Shown here piece after piece: positions 18,246 through 27,133 of a stretch of DNA of 64,000 bases. The stretch is from contig JBBSAP010000002.1 in assembly GCA_038252165.1 (NCBI GenBank), forward strand, positions 51,892 to 115,891, written 5' to 3'. The stretch is from Bacteroidales bacterium. GTDB lineage: Bacteria > Bacteroidota > Bacteroidia > Bacteroidales > VadinHA17. Made by a program: the position numbers and the translations under genes. Numbering within the stretch: the stretch's first letter is position 1; the number at the start of each line of letters is the position of its first letter. The notes under the pieces are model-generated. The model was not told the origin of the DNA. It worked only from the letters and a program-made list of their open reading frames with translations, and made no database searches.

Positions 18246-18406
18246 GATTCCTCATCCCGTCCCGAGTCCTCGGGATCGGGATTCGGAATGACACTGTTTT
18301 TATGGGAGTTTGGGGTAATCAAGGGAGATTAGCAATGGCTAATCTCCCTTGATTACCCCTTAACCAACCACCCAGGCCATGTCATTCCGAGCGTAAGCGA
18401 GGAATC
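18246..18406. repeat. Nested foldback element: GAGGAATC/GTCATTCCGA-type outer arms around a perfect 22-bp core hairpin
   Basis: Left arm is gattcctcatcccgtcccgagtcctcgggatcgggattcggaatgaca. The core is ggggtaatcaagggagattagc (18312-18333), loop aatg, then gctaatctcccttgattacccc (18338-18359). Right arm is gtcattccgagcgtaagcgaggaatc (18381-18406). The right arm overlaps the last codons and the stop of the SBP gene. Confidence 0.88.
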
Positions 18407-19515
18407 TTATTCCCCCCAGTTGTCGGCAATCCATTCATTGTTTTCATTATTTCGAATTTACCCATGCGGTTTCCTTTATCGTCAAACTGAATCAGCCCGG
18501 TTGTCCCTTTGTAACGGATCTGTTTCAGTGACTTCTGAATCATTTCACGGTCGTTTGTCCCAGCAGTTTTGATAGCTTCAATAAGAAGGTTCGTACCGTC
18601 ATAGGCGAATGATGCAGCCATACCTGGCATTTTATTATATGTTTTATGGTACTCCTTAAAGAATAAAAGGTTTTCAGGTCCTGACCAATCACCGGAAGGG
18701 ACAAAAAGAATATTGTCGTATTCCTGGATCTCCCTGGCAGTTAATTCATTTTCATCAAGGATCATTAATGATCCGTAAAGAGGGATTTTTATTTTCTTTA
18801 TTTTTAATTGATTCACTATCTCCTTTGATGCAGAAGGCTTGCAGAATAATACAATGCAATTTGCATCTGCCCTGGCGATCTTGTCAGTTAAAAGGTTAAG
18901 GTGCTGATTGTATTCATCATATGAGAAGTGAAGAGGATCTTGTTTTCCGGATGTTTTTACTGTTTTCATAAAGTTATCAGCTGCCAGTCTGGAATCATAA
19001 TCTTTTCCGGAAATCACTACTATGTTTCTGAATTTATGTTTGTTATAGATATCTTCGAACAGTGAAAGAGCCTGCTGGCGGTCATTCGGCACACAGTTAA
19101 AGAACCATGGAACAAAAGCCTGGGAGAGTGTCGGATCGCCCGACCATGCCGATATAAGAACTACTGTCGATTTTGTTGCAGCTTGTTCAACGAGGTGAGC
19201 ATTGCGTCCATCATGAAATCCAATAAGTGCCCATACTTTCTCATCAAAAATAAGGTTTACTGCCTGTTTTGATCCGGTTCCCCATGGGCCTTCCATGGAA
19301 CGAAAAACTAACTGAAACTTCTGGCCCCTCAGGCCGCCTTTTTCATTTGCATTTTTTATAGCCATTTCAGCACCATGCAAAGCTGAAGTATAGGTGCTAT
19401 CCTGAACAAGTAATCCGATTTTGATAGTCCGGGCATGATTTTCCGGATTCTGGGAAACAGCCTTGCCCGTAATGATAATTTCCAGAAGTATCAGAGTGAG
19501 GCAGACATAAAACAT
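18382..19515 (-). CDS. Exported periplasmic-binding-protein-fold solute-binding protein (Leu/Ile/Val-binding, Peripla_BP_6-like), no cognate permease nearby
   Basis: Signal peptide MFYVCLTLILLEIIITGKAVSQ, then IKIGLLV...GAEMAIKNANEKGGLRGQKFQLV, typical of type-I PBPs. The track start at 19611 reads through a repeat element, and the preferred ATG is at 19515. Confidence 0.75.
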   Translation of the reverse strand: MFYVCLTLILLEIIITGKAVSQNPENHARTIKIGLLVQDSTYTSALHGAEMAIKNANEKGGLRGQKFQLVFRSMEGPWGTGSKQAVNLIFDEKVWALIGFHDGRNAHLVEQAATKSTVVLISAWSGDPTLSQAFVPWFFNCVPNDRQQALSLFEDIYNKHKFRNIVVISGKDYDSRLAADNFMKTVKTSGKQDPLHFSYDEYNQHLNLLTDKIARADANCIVLFCKPSASKEIVNQLKIKKIKIPLYGSLMILDENELTAREIQEYDNILFVPSGDWSGPENLLFFKEYHKTYNKMPGMAASFAYDGTNLLIEAIKTAGTNDREMIQKSLKQIRYKGTTGLIQFDDKGNRMGKFEIMKTMNGLPTTGGNKIPRLRSE

Positions 19516-19518
19516 TTT

Positions 19519-19590
19519 TACCCCTAAATCCCCCAGGGGGGACTTAATTAAAAAACGATAATAAAAACCCCCCATTGGGGGGTAGGGGGT
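19519..19590. repeat. G5/C5 multi-hairpin element, type B
   Basis: tacccctaaatccccc-a-ggggggacttaattaaaaaacgataataaaaacccccc-att-ggggggtagggggt. It fills the whole DAHPS-SBP intergenic space and is homologous to 28844..28913. Confidence 0.85.
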
Positions 19591-19594
19591 GGTT

Positions 19595-20482
19595 TCAGGT
19601 AAATTGGACATTTATATTTTTATATATATCCCTCCCGACAGCCTGTGCAATTTTCTTAAGATCGGTCATCAGCCTTGTAAACTCATCCGGGCTGAGTGAC
19701 TGCTGGCCATCACATAAAGCTTCTTCTGGTTTATAATGCACCTCGATGATGAGGCCGTCGGCACCAGCTGCAATTGCAGCTTTAGCCATAGCAGGCACCA
19801 TCCACCTGTGGCCTGTTCCGTGACTGGGATCTACAAAAACAGGAAGATGGCTCAGATGTTTAAGCATGGGAACCGCGCTAAGGTCAAGAGTGTTCCGTGT
19901 AGTAGTTTCAAAAGTGCGGATACCACGCTCACACAGGATAACCTGATCATTGCCCTGGTTCAGGATATATTCAGCTGCAAGTAAGAACTCTTCTATAGTG
20001 GCCATCATACCGCGCTTCAGTAGTATCGGCTTCCGAAGCATCCCCACTTCTTTCAAAAGCGGGTAGTTATGCATATTCCTTGAGCCGACCTGTAAAATAT
20101 CAGCATATCCTGCAACAAGTTGAACAAGCCGGGTATCCATAACTTCGGTAACTATTGGCAAACCGGTTTCCTTTCTGGCTTCCGCGAGTAATTTTAATCC
20201 TTCCTCTCCGAGACCCTGGAAATTGTAAGGAGAAGAACGGGGCTTGAAAGCGCCCCCTCTCAGGATCATTCCGCCTGCTGACTTAACTGCTTTTGCTGTT
20301 TCCATCAGTTGTTCATTATTTTCCACCGAACAAGGTCCGGCAATTATCACAACCTCTGCAGACCCGATCCTTATTCCGTTCACATCCACAATCGTCGGAT
20401 CAGGTTTTGACTTTCTGTTTACCCTGACCGGGATAGAACATCCACCAATCACTGCAGGATCATTGTAATTATTTGATTCCAT
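19595..20482 (-). CDS. aroF: 3-deoxy-7-phosphoheptulonate (DAHP) synthase, type I-beta, stand-alone (no fused chorismate mutase or ferredoxin-like regulatory domain evident)
   Basis: 295 aa. [44 protein letters not shown] and [10 protein letters not shown] are hallmark I-beta DAHPS motifs (KPRS.PY.FQG distinguishes it from KDO8PS). Confidence 0.88.
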   Translation of the reverse strand: MESNNYNDPAVIGGCSIPVRVNRKSKPDPTIVDVNGIRIGSAEVVIIAGPCSVENNEQLMETAKAVKSAGGMILRGGAFKPRSSPYNFQGLGEEGLKLLAEARKETGLPIVTEVMDTRLVQLVAGYADILQVGSRNMHNYPLLKEVGMLRKPILLKRGMMATIEEFLLAAEYILNQGNDQVILCERGIRTFETTTRNTLDLSAVPMLKHLSHLPVFVDPSHGTGHRWMVPAMAKAAIAAGADGLIIEVHYKPEEALCDGQQSLSPDEFTRLMTDLKKIAQAVGRDIYKNINVQFT

Positions 20483-20495
20483 CTTTTTATCTCGT

Positions 20496-21818
20496 TTAAT
20501 ATTGATATCCTGTTTTAGGCTTCTTATATATGATTTCTCTTTTATCCATAGGAGCAGCAGGTGAGAATTTAAACTTACCGTTACTGACTTCAGCTATGAA
20601 AATAGGCCTTATGTTATTCCATGATGCATCTAAAATGACCTTGCCTGAAACACCCTGGTAACCCTGAAAAGTTTTCAGATCCAATAGTATATCCCGGATC
20701 AATACACGATTTAATCCAACCTTCTGAATAGCTTCAATGAGCATATTCATTCCGTCATAAGCATGTGCAGCGAACACGTCGGGTTCCATACCAAACCTTT
20801 TTTGATAACTTGCTTTAAAAGTTTTAAGCTTCGGATCATCCGAATCCGGATTATACTGACAGGTTGTTACAATACCTTCAGCCAGGTTCCCGGCGATACT
20901 CAGAAACTCCGGATTCACCATCCTGTCGCAACCATAAACAGGTTGTTGCATGCCCAGCCCGCGTATCTGCTTAAGGATAAGCGCAGATTCTTTTGCATTT
21001 CCCCACAGAACAATAGCATCGGGTGAAGTTTTCTTTATCCTTTCAAGCCTTTCCTTAAAATCTGTCTCTCCGTCACTGAATCGTTCTTCTATTATTATCG
21101 GCAATCCGATACGGGTGGCTGAACGGCTGAAATGAAGAATTCCGACTCTTCCGTAACGATTGTTGGCTCTCATTACAGCTACGCGGGAGTGTTTATCAGT
21201 TTTAAAAATACGGTCAACCAGAACATAGCCGCTTTGCCTGTCGTCGGGAATATTGCGTACCACCCATGGAATATTTGTTTCGGTAAAAGTCGGGTCAGGA
21301 TCACCGGTATTCATATTGAGGATTTCCAGTTTTAAAGTTGCCCTGATAGCTATGTGCGAATTATTATCATCGATAGTGCCCAGCCAGGCCCATACTTTTT
21401 CATCATCCATTTTTACCACCTCATTGGCTGCTGCACCCCAAAGGCCCACATCATTGTGTATCATTAACTTGTACGGAAGACCCTTATAACCTCCTTTTAT
21501 GTTGGCCTCTTCAATGGAGAGCATTGCTCCCTGTAACATCTGCTTCCCGAGAGGCTGTATAACTGAACCTTCCAATGGTCCGAGAAACCCGATTCTTACC
21601 TCTTTCAGATCTGTGGGAGGCAGTTTTTCCCGTCCCGCACCATAGAATTGTAATGGAATAAGGAAATGATATTTATATGCTTTCATATATTTATCATAGG
21701 CAACCAGCTCATCTGGTATGTTTCCGTAGTTAGCTGGTTTCTCCTGTCCGGTTAGCAGTGAAGAAGGTATAATGGAAATAAGGAGAGTAAACAGCAAAAA
21801 CCTGACATGATGCTTCAT
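20496..21818 (-). CDS. Exported Peripla_BP_6-like solute-binding protein (second copy), no cognate permease nearby
   Basis: 440 aa. Signal peptide, then [50 protein letters not shown], typical of the LivJ/amide-binding PBP fold. Confidence 0.75.
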   Translation of the reverse strand: MKHHVRFLLFTLLISIIPSSLLTGQEKPANYGNIPDELVAYDKYMKAYKYHFLIPLQFYGAGREKLPPTDLKEVRIGFLGPLEGSVIQPLGKQMLQGAMLSIEEANIKGGYKGLPYKLMIHNDVGLWGAAANEVVKMDDEKVWAWLGTIDDNNSHIAIRATLKLEILNMNTGDPDPTFTETNIPWVVRNIPDDRQSGYVLVDRIFKTDKHSRVAVMRANNRYGRVGILHFSRSATRIGLPIIIEERFSDGETDFKERLERIKKTSPDAIVLWGNAKESALILKQIRGLGMQQPVYGCDRMVNPEFLSIAGNLAEGIVTTCQYNPDSDDPKLKTFKASYQKRFGMEPDVFAAHAYDGMNMLIEAIQKVGLNRVLIRDILLDLKTFQGYQGVSGKVILDASWNNIRPIFIAEVSNGKFKFSPAAPMDKREIIYKKPKTGYQY

Positions 21819-21828
21819 ATAAGTGGAT

Positions 21829-22404
21829 TTATTTTATTTTACAAACTGCATAAGCTTCAATCTCTACAAGAAGGGTCTCCCAACAGAGCCTTGCCTGGAT
21901 TCCGGTGCTGGCAGGCAGAGGGTCAAGATTCAGCCACCTGAAGAATGATGTCCGGATCTTATTAAACTCTTCATAATCACGCTCAATGTCCCTAAGATAG
22001 TTTGTGGTTCTTACAACATCATGCCAGGTCATGCCCTCAGCCGAAAGCAAAGTTGTTATATTCCTGTAAGTCCTCCAGGTCTGAGCTTTAAAGTCACCGA
22101 TGTGTTCAGCTTTACCTTCTTCATTAACACTTGCAGTACCGGAAACAAGCAATATTTTATAACCTCCGAGTTCAAGCCTTAATGCTCTTGAGAAGGAGGA
22201 TGGTTTTTGATAATTATAAGCTTCATTCAGAACCTGTGGTGCATGAACCACATGTTTTTCTATCGGAGGGCGCTCACTATGCAGAGAAGGATAGATTGAT
22301 TCGATTATATTATTATCATTCGATAGAATCCCGAGTTTCTTCATCTCAATTCGCTCTCCATCAGTAAGCTTTGAAAGATCTGTGAGTAATCCGCTATTGT
22401 CCAT
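21829..22404 (-). CDS. RidA/YjgF/chorismate-mutase-like-fold protein with ~70-aa N-terminal extension; non-canonical (catalytic Arg apparently absent)
   Basis: The C-terminal ~120 aa align by eye to the YjgF fold: LLVSGTASVNEEGKAEHIGDFKAQTWRTYRNITTLLSAEGMTWHDVVRTTNYLRDI...PASTGIQARL...VEIEAYAV. It has SGT in place of RidA SGQ, and PAST in place of PARS. Confidence 0.65.
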   Translation of the reverse strand: MDNSGLLTDLSKLTDGERIEMKKLGILSNDNNIIESIYPSLHSERPPIEKHVVHAPQVLNEAYNYQKPSSFSRALRLELGGYKILLVSGTASVNEEGKAEHIGDFKAQTWRTYRNITTLLSAEGMTWHDVVRTTNYLRDIERDYEEFNKIRTSFFRWLNLDPLPASTGIQARLCWETLLVEIEAYAVCKIK

Positions 22405-22431
22405 TATTCGATTATTTATACTTATTTCTAT

Positions 22432-23634
22432 TTATTTAATCAATTCTCCACGGCTTACCCCTTTTGAGGTAGCAACCCACAGGTAATCTTCAGCAGCATC
22501 CACTCCGATAATAAAATTATGCGATATTGAAGGCGACAACGGAATTTCCTTTTTCTCTGTTCCATTGGTTATTATAGCTTTCCCGTTTTCACTGTTGTCG
22601 TCTTTTTTATATGTTACCCATGTTGTTCCATCAGTACTGCTTAAGCCATTATCGCTGCATACAAATACTTTCCGGCCTTCGGCTCGCAGGAAGTTTATGA
22701 AATTACTTGCCAGTCCGCTGTCGTGGTCAAAATAACCTTTCCAGTTTTTACCGTCATACCGGCTCATCCCGAAATAAGTTGAGATCCATAAAATATTGTC
22801 GGAATAGGCAGTTGCTGTTGTAATATCATGCACTAAACCATCATCGGGCTGAAGATCTATTTCCATAAAACCATCAGGATCTATATAATCCCTGAAATGT
22901 TTGGTTTCGTAATTGTACTCGATCATTCCTCCTCCCCAGGCTGCAATATATACTTTACCATCGCCGGCGGAGACTCCGTAGGTCCATGGCTCATGCATAG
23001 GGGCATTTTGTTCCGTGAAAATGTCCCAGGTATCGTTCCGGGTGTCATAATGGCCGGCTCCGCCGCCAGTGGCAACCCATATATCTTTCCCATCACAATA
23101 GACACAATAAACGAGGTCGTTGGGCAAGCCGCTGTTGAACTGATTAAAAGTAGTGAATTTACCTGAAGACCACCTTGTAAGCCCCCCCAGTGTTCCAATC
23201 CAGACATCTCCTGTCAGCTCGCTTACATCTACTGAGACTACTCCGTTATGAGCGAGACCATCTTCTGTGGTATAGGTACGCCATTTCTCATTTTCATAAA
23301 CGGCAAGGCCATCGTGTGTTCCGACAAGCACGCGGTCGCCATCAATCCTGACAGTAAATGCCTTATCTGAAGGAAGTCCGTCCTTAGTGGTAAAGTTGCG
23401 CCAGTTGCCGTATACAGGCATCTCCTTTGCCTCCTTTATTACTCGTGAGCTGCCTGGAAGATCTCTGTCGGAACTGTTCTTGTAGAAGCCGGAGACAGAT
23501 ATATTTTTACTCTTTTCCGGCTTTTTAGATTTGTCCGGTTTCTTTAACAATACAATTCCTGCTGCAACTATAGCTACCAAAAGGATGATAAGTGCCGGGT
23601 ATCTGATAAAATTATTACTGGACATATTTTTCAT
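22432..23634 (-). CDS. Membrane-anchored/exported protein made of two-component-regulator propeller (Reg_prop) repeats, no kinase or HTH part
   Basis: 400 aa with an N-terminal TM/signal anchor. Repeated ..DGL.sn.V.sv..d..g.vWigT.gGl..y.. units (e.g. VWIGTLGGLTRWSSGKFTTFN, IWVATGGGAGHYD). Confidence 0.7.
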   Translation of the reverse strand: MKNMSSNNFIRYPALIILLVAIVAAGIVLLKKPDKSKKPEKSKNISVSGFYKNSSDRDLPGSSRVIKEAKEMPVYGNWRNFTTKDGLPSDKAFTVRIDGDRVLVGTHDGLAVYENEKWRTYTTEDGLAHNGVVSVDVSELTGDVWIGTLGGLTRWSSGKFTTFNQFNSGLPNDLVYCVYCDGKDIWVATGGGAGHYDTRNDTWDIFTEQNAPMHEPWTYGVSAGDGKVYIAAWGGGMIEYNYETKHFRDYIDPDGFMEIDLQPDDGLVHDITTATAYSDNILWISTYFGMSRYDGKNWKGYFDHDSGLASNFINFLRAEGRKVFVCSDNGLSSTDGTTWVTYKKDDNSENGKAIITNGTEKKEIPLSPSISHNFIIGVDAAEDYLWVATSKGVSRGELIK

Positions 23635-23649
23635 TATTGAATTTCATTA

Positions 23650-25683
23650 TTAATGAGCAAAAGAAGCTTGATTGATTGAAGTATGTTCCTGGTCATATTC
23701 CTCATCCCTTAGAGATTTCAGATATTCCACCAGATCGTTAAGTTTGGTTTTGGTAAGGTCATTGACCGATCCATGTTGTTCAGTCTTGCCGTAAACTGTC
23801 CATATCTCTTCAAGGGTGGCTGCACGGCCATCGTGAAGATAAGGAGGCGAAAAGAGAATATTATTAAGATGCGGCGTATCAAAAAGTATTGAATCGTCAC
23901 TGGCGGCAAGTGTTCCTACATCTGCCATTTTTTTATTTGTAAAATATGGAGCAGGGTGGCAGGTAATACATCTGTTGACTACCGGAATTTCGAAACCGTT
24001 ATTATCATGTGTGCGCTCAAAAATAGCCTTCCCTCGTTTCTGTGCTTCGGTGAGTTCGCCATTGGGATTATACTGAAGGTTTGGCGGATTGTGTATCCCG
24101 GTCATTATATAAGCTGTAAGAGCATCAAGTTCTTTATAACTGAAAGCCTCGTTTCTTGTCAGAACTGTCGAAAAGCGCATACCATCCTGTTTATAAATAC
24201 TTTGGTTTTTACCATTCCATTTGTATGGTGGAGTATCCCCGATGTTTCTCAGCGATTGGGTATTTGTAATATTGCGCCCCATATCTTTCGACGCCATGTT
24301 GTATACAAGCCCGTCTTCATGTGTATCAGGATGACATGTATAACAGGAATACTGGGTCTGGAAAGTGTGTCCTGCATTGTTAAACAGGCGGCGGCCCTGG
24401 CGTGCAACAGTTATACGGCCTGATCGTCCGAGGTGTATGTACCCGATTGTTTCAAGACTTTCGGTGCTGATTATGGCTATCCTGTCCTCCAGATGCTCAG
24501 CAACATAAAGCTTTGTACCATCAGGAGAAAGAACAATTCCTTTTGGGTTTGCTCCCGTGGGAATACGTTTAAGCACTATACTGCTGCTTATGCCGAGGTA
24601 ATTGGAATATGTCTCAAGCATCTTATCGGTCGATTCAGCAATAAGCTTCCTGACAGCTTCAATATCAATAACTGAGATACAATCGACACCTGCATGGGAA
24701 ACAAAGGCCCGCTTTCCATCAGGAGTTATAGCTATATCAAAAGGATCAGCATAATATGCATTAGGTTCGTCAAGAAGCAGCTGTATGGTTCTTCCGGATG
24801 GTTTCTGCTCAACGATCCCTATACCATTGGTCATCATCCAGCCTCTTTCGATCTGTAGTGTTGGAACATTGTTCTTCGGCCTTATAAGAGGCGTTATCGC
24901 CAGATCGCCCGATGGAGTAAAGGCAATATTTTCCATCAAATATGCCTGTTTTATGTCTCTACGTTCCTCAATCCTCTGTTTTTTGTCATTCACTACTGTA
25001 AGCTCGCACTTTATTGTATCTCCATATGGTGAAGAAAGCGTACGGCGGCTTGTGACTAACACCATATTGCCGTCGGGGCTGATTTGCACTCCGGTCGGAT
25101 TATTCCCGGTAAGCAGTCTTTTTCGTTCCACACCTGAGGTAAGGTCAATTATTGACAGGTCGGATGAAAATGAATTTACCGAATAAAGTGAGTTTCCGTC
25201 AGCGCTCAGAGCCAGACCAGCTGGTCCTCCCCCAGTTTGAAGAGTATCTGCGACAACATATCTTTCAAGATCAACAACCGACACATTGTTCGACCACTGG
25301 TTGCTGACATAAGCAGTTTTCCCATCTCTGCTCACAACAACGCTGTGCGGACGAACACCTACTTCAATCTCCTTTGTGACCCTGTTTTTTTCAGTATTTA
25401 CCACCAGCAAGGCATTGCCTTCTTCTGCAACCACATAGAGGTACTTCCCATCAGGGGATACGGCCAGATTAAATGGCGAGTAGTATTTCGCATTAACCAT
25501 CCTTGAAATAATGCCTGATCTCTGGATATAGAGATGGCACGATGTGCATTTCAGAGGATGATCCGTCGTAGCTGTCAGATTATTAACATGTTCCCTTGCC
25601 CAGCTGTGATAAGGCTTATAAATGACAACACCAAGGATAACAAGGATTGCTGCCGGTATTATAATTTTTGCAAATCTTTTCAT
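23650..25683 (-). CDS. Tri-haem protein: N-terminal CXXCH, YVTN-type beta-propeller and C-terminal di-haem cytochrome c peroxidase/MauG-family domain
   Basis: CXXCH motifs are CTSCH, CYTCH and CITCH. YVTN-like blades (SPDGKYLYVVAEEGNALLVV, SRDGKTAYVSNQWSNNVSVVD...). CCP/MauG block CYTCHPDTHEDG...FDTPHLNNILFSPPYLHDGRAATLEE. The ATG is at 25683, 1 nt after the upstream stop; the track start at 25692 is a TTG. Confidence 0.8.
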   Translation of the reverse strand: MKRFAKIIIPAAILVILGVVIYKPYHSWAREHVNNLTATTDHPLKCTSCHLYIQRSGIISRMVNAKYYSPFNLAVSPDGKYLYVVAEEGNALLVVNTEKNRVTKEIEVGVRPHSVVVSRDGKTAYVSNQWSNNVSVVDLERYVVADTLQTGGGPAGLALSADGNSLYSVNSFSSDLSIIDLTSGVERKRLLTGNNPTGVQISPDGNMVLVTSRRTLSSPYGDTIKCELTVVNDKKQRIEERRDIKQAYLMENIAFTPSGDLAITPLIRPKNNVPTLQIERGWMMTNGIGIVEQKPSGRTIQLLLDEPNAYYADPFDIAITPDGKRAFVSHAGVDCISVIDIEAVRKLIAESTDKMLETYSNYLGISSSIVLKRIPTGANPKGIVLSPDGTKLYVAEHLEDRIAIISTESLETIGYIHLGRSGRITVARQGRRLFNNAGHTFQTQYSCYTCHPDTHEDGLVYNMASKDMGRNITNTQSLRNIGDTPPYKWNGKNQSIYKQDGMRFSTVLTRNEAFSYKELDALTAYIMTGIHNPPNLQYNPNGELTEAQKRGKAIFERTHDNNGFEIPVVNRCITCHPAPYFTNKKMADVGTLAASDDSILFDTPHLNNILFSPPYLHDGRAATLEEIWTVYGKTEQHGSVNDLTKTKLNDLVEYLKSLRDEEYDQEHTSINQASFAH

Positions 25684-25684
25684 A

Positions 25685-27118
25685 CTATTCAAGCTCTACT
25701 ATCTTCTCTTTAACATCAGTAATATGAACTGGGATAATAACCGGTGGTTTTTTTATTGCATCGGATACTATATTGTCGGGAACCAGTTCAGTGTTTTCGT
25801 GGCATCCTATACATCCGCGTCTTTCATTAGGACGTAACCATAACCATGAACACGGACTGCCGACAACATTGCCATCCTTATCAAGTGTCCTGATACGGAA
25901 TGGTGTGTCGGCTATAACTTTTAGCTGAAATGATCCGTCTTTTTCAACCTCAACCACTCCATATGTTGTATCAACGCCAAGCACCTCAATCTTAAGGGCT
26001 TTCCTTACGGAAGAGGAATTTTCCGGAAGAAATGGATCTCTGAAATTTATATCCTGGCACAAAAGCAAACCTGTTTTCACCTGCATATCCACTTCGCTGG
26101 GAAGTTTTTTTGGTCTTTCGTATGCTTCGACCTGGACGATATCAAGTATATGATAATCAGGATCATTATAAATTGCCTGCTCAAGCGATCTCTTTTCAGG
26201 ATCAAACTCATAAAGCGCAAAACGATCTGAATCAGATTTACGGTAGGATACAAGATATTTACCAGGACGGAGAGGGAGTACATTATGAAAATCTCCTGAG
26301 ATCCCTGATGTCAGGTCAGTTTTAGAATGCAATGGCCTTTTATAGTCTATTGAAACCAATCTGCCCGAGGTCGGGTTTTCATTATCAGATTCAACAAATA
26401 CAATCCTGCCATCTGCAGTTTCATGTGCGCTGCTTACCATGGGGCTTATCCCCGGACCCACATAGAACATATCGGCTTTGGTGCCATCAGGGCGCATAAC
26501 TATCAGCATAGGATCTCCCTGAACCGGCAATAATTGCTTTTTAACTGTAAGCAGCCTGCCATCTCTCAGGACAGTTGTTCCAAGATTGTCATCAGGGCTG
26601 AATGAGATCTGCCTGAGGTCGGAACCATCTGTATTGCATGTATAGAGGCAATGTGCTGACTTTACCGTATCATTAATTGTCAGCTTGCTGAATACAATTC
26701 GTCCACCGGGTACATAAGCCGGATCAGTACATTCTTCCCTGCCTGAAGTTATCTGCCTGTACTTAAGATTCTTCAGGTTCATTTCCCAGATCTGCCATGT
26801 GTCATTTTCCTTCTTCTGCCCTGCAAAGAGCATGAATCTTCCGTCATAAGATATTTCAGGGAAGCATGCTGAATGGAAATCTCCTGTCAGTGTTTTTTGT
26901 GAACCGGGTCTTCCTGTCTCGAGAGAACTGATCCTTGCGCCGGGTAAATAACTCCAGGATACCCCGCTTGAATAATCCGGAAGCTGCATATTTCCTGGAA
27001 CTTCCGTAAGGATCAGTGAATTATTTTCTGACGCCTTTTTACTGCACGACACAATTATCACACAAGCCAGGCTTACCAGAATAATTTCAGTTAAAATAAA
27101 TGTCCGCTTCATCATCAT
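25685..27118 (-). CDS. Lipoprotein with TolB/PD40-like beta-propeller and a C-terminal single CXXCH haem-c motif
   Basis: 477 aa. Lipobox IIVSC; PD40-like repeats (EISYDGRFMLFAGQ, YTCNTDGSDLRQIS, MRPDGTKADMF); C-terminal RRGCIGCHENTELVPDN. Confidence 0.65.
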   Translation of the reverse strand: MMMKRTFILTEIILVSLACVIIVSCSKKASENNSLILTEVPGNMQLPDYSSGVSWSYLPGARISSLETGRPGSQKTLTGDFHSACFPEISYDGRFMLFAGQKKENDTWQIWEMNLKNLKYRQITSGREECTDPAYVPGGRIVFSKLTINDTVKSAHCLYTCNTDGSDLRQISFSPDDNLGTTVLRDGRLLTVKKQLLPVQGDPMLIVMRPDGTKADMFYVGPGISPMVSSAHETADGRIVFVESDNENPTSGRLVSIDYKRPLHSKTDLTSGISGDFHNVLPLRPGKYLVSYRKSDSDRFALYEFDPEKRSLEQAIYNDPDYHILDIVQVEAYERPKKLPSEVDMQVKTGLLLCQDINFRDPFLPENSSSVRKALKIEVLGVDTTYGVVEVEKDGSFQLKVIADTPFRIRTLDKDGNVVGSPCSWLWLRPNERRGCIGCHENTELVPDNIVSDAIKKPPVIIPVHITDVKEKIVELE

Positions 27119-27133
27119 AAAGGACCAGTGGTT

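Noticed and set aside
18382-19611. Longer N-terminus of the solute-binding protein ([32 protein letters not shown]...) and similar extended starts at 47267, 30424, 25692, 12773, 7359, 4495, 40763 and 44598
   Set aside because: At 18382-19611 and 47267 the extension reads through a repeat element. At 47267, 25692, 12773, 7359, 4495 and 40763 it uses a TTG or GTG start. In each case an ATG immediately preceding a plausible signal peptide or conserved N-terminus, or abutting the upstream stop, gives a better model.
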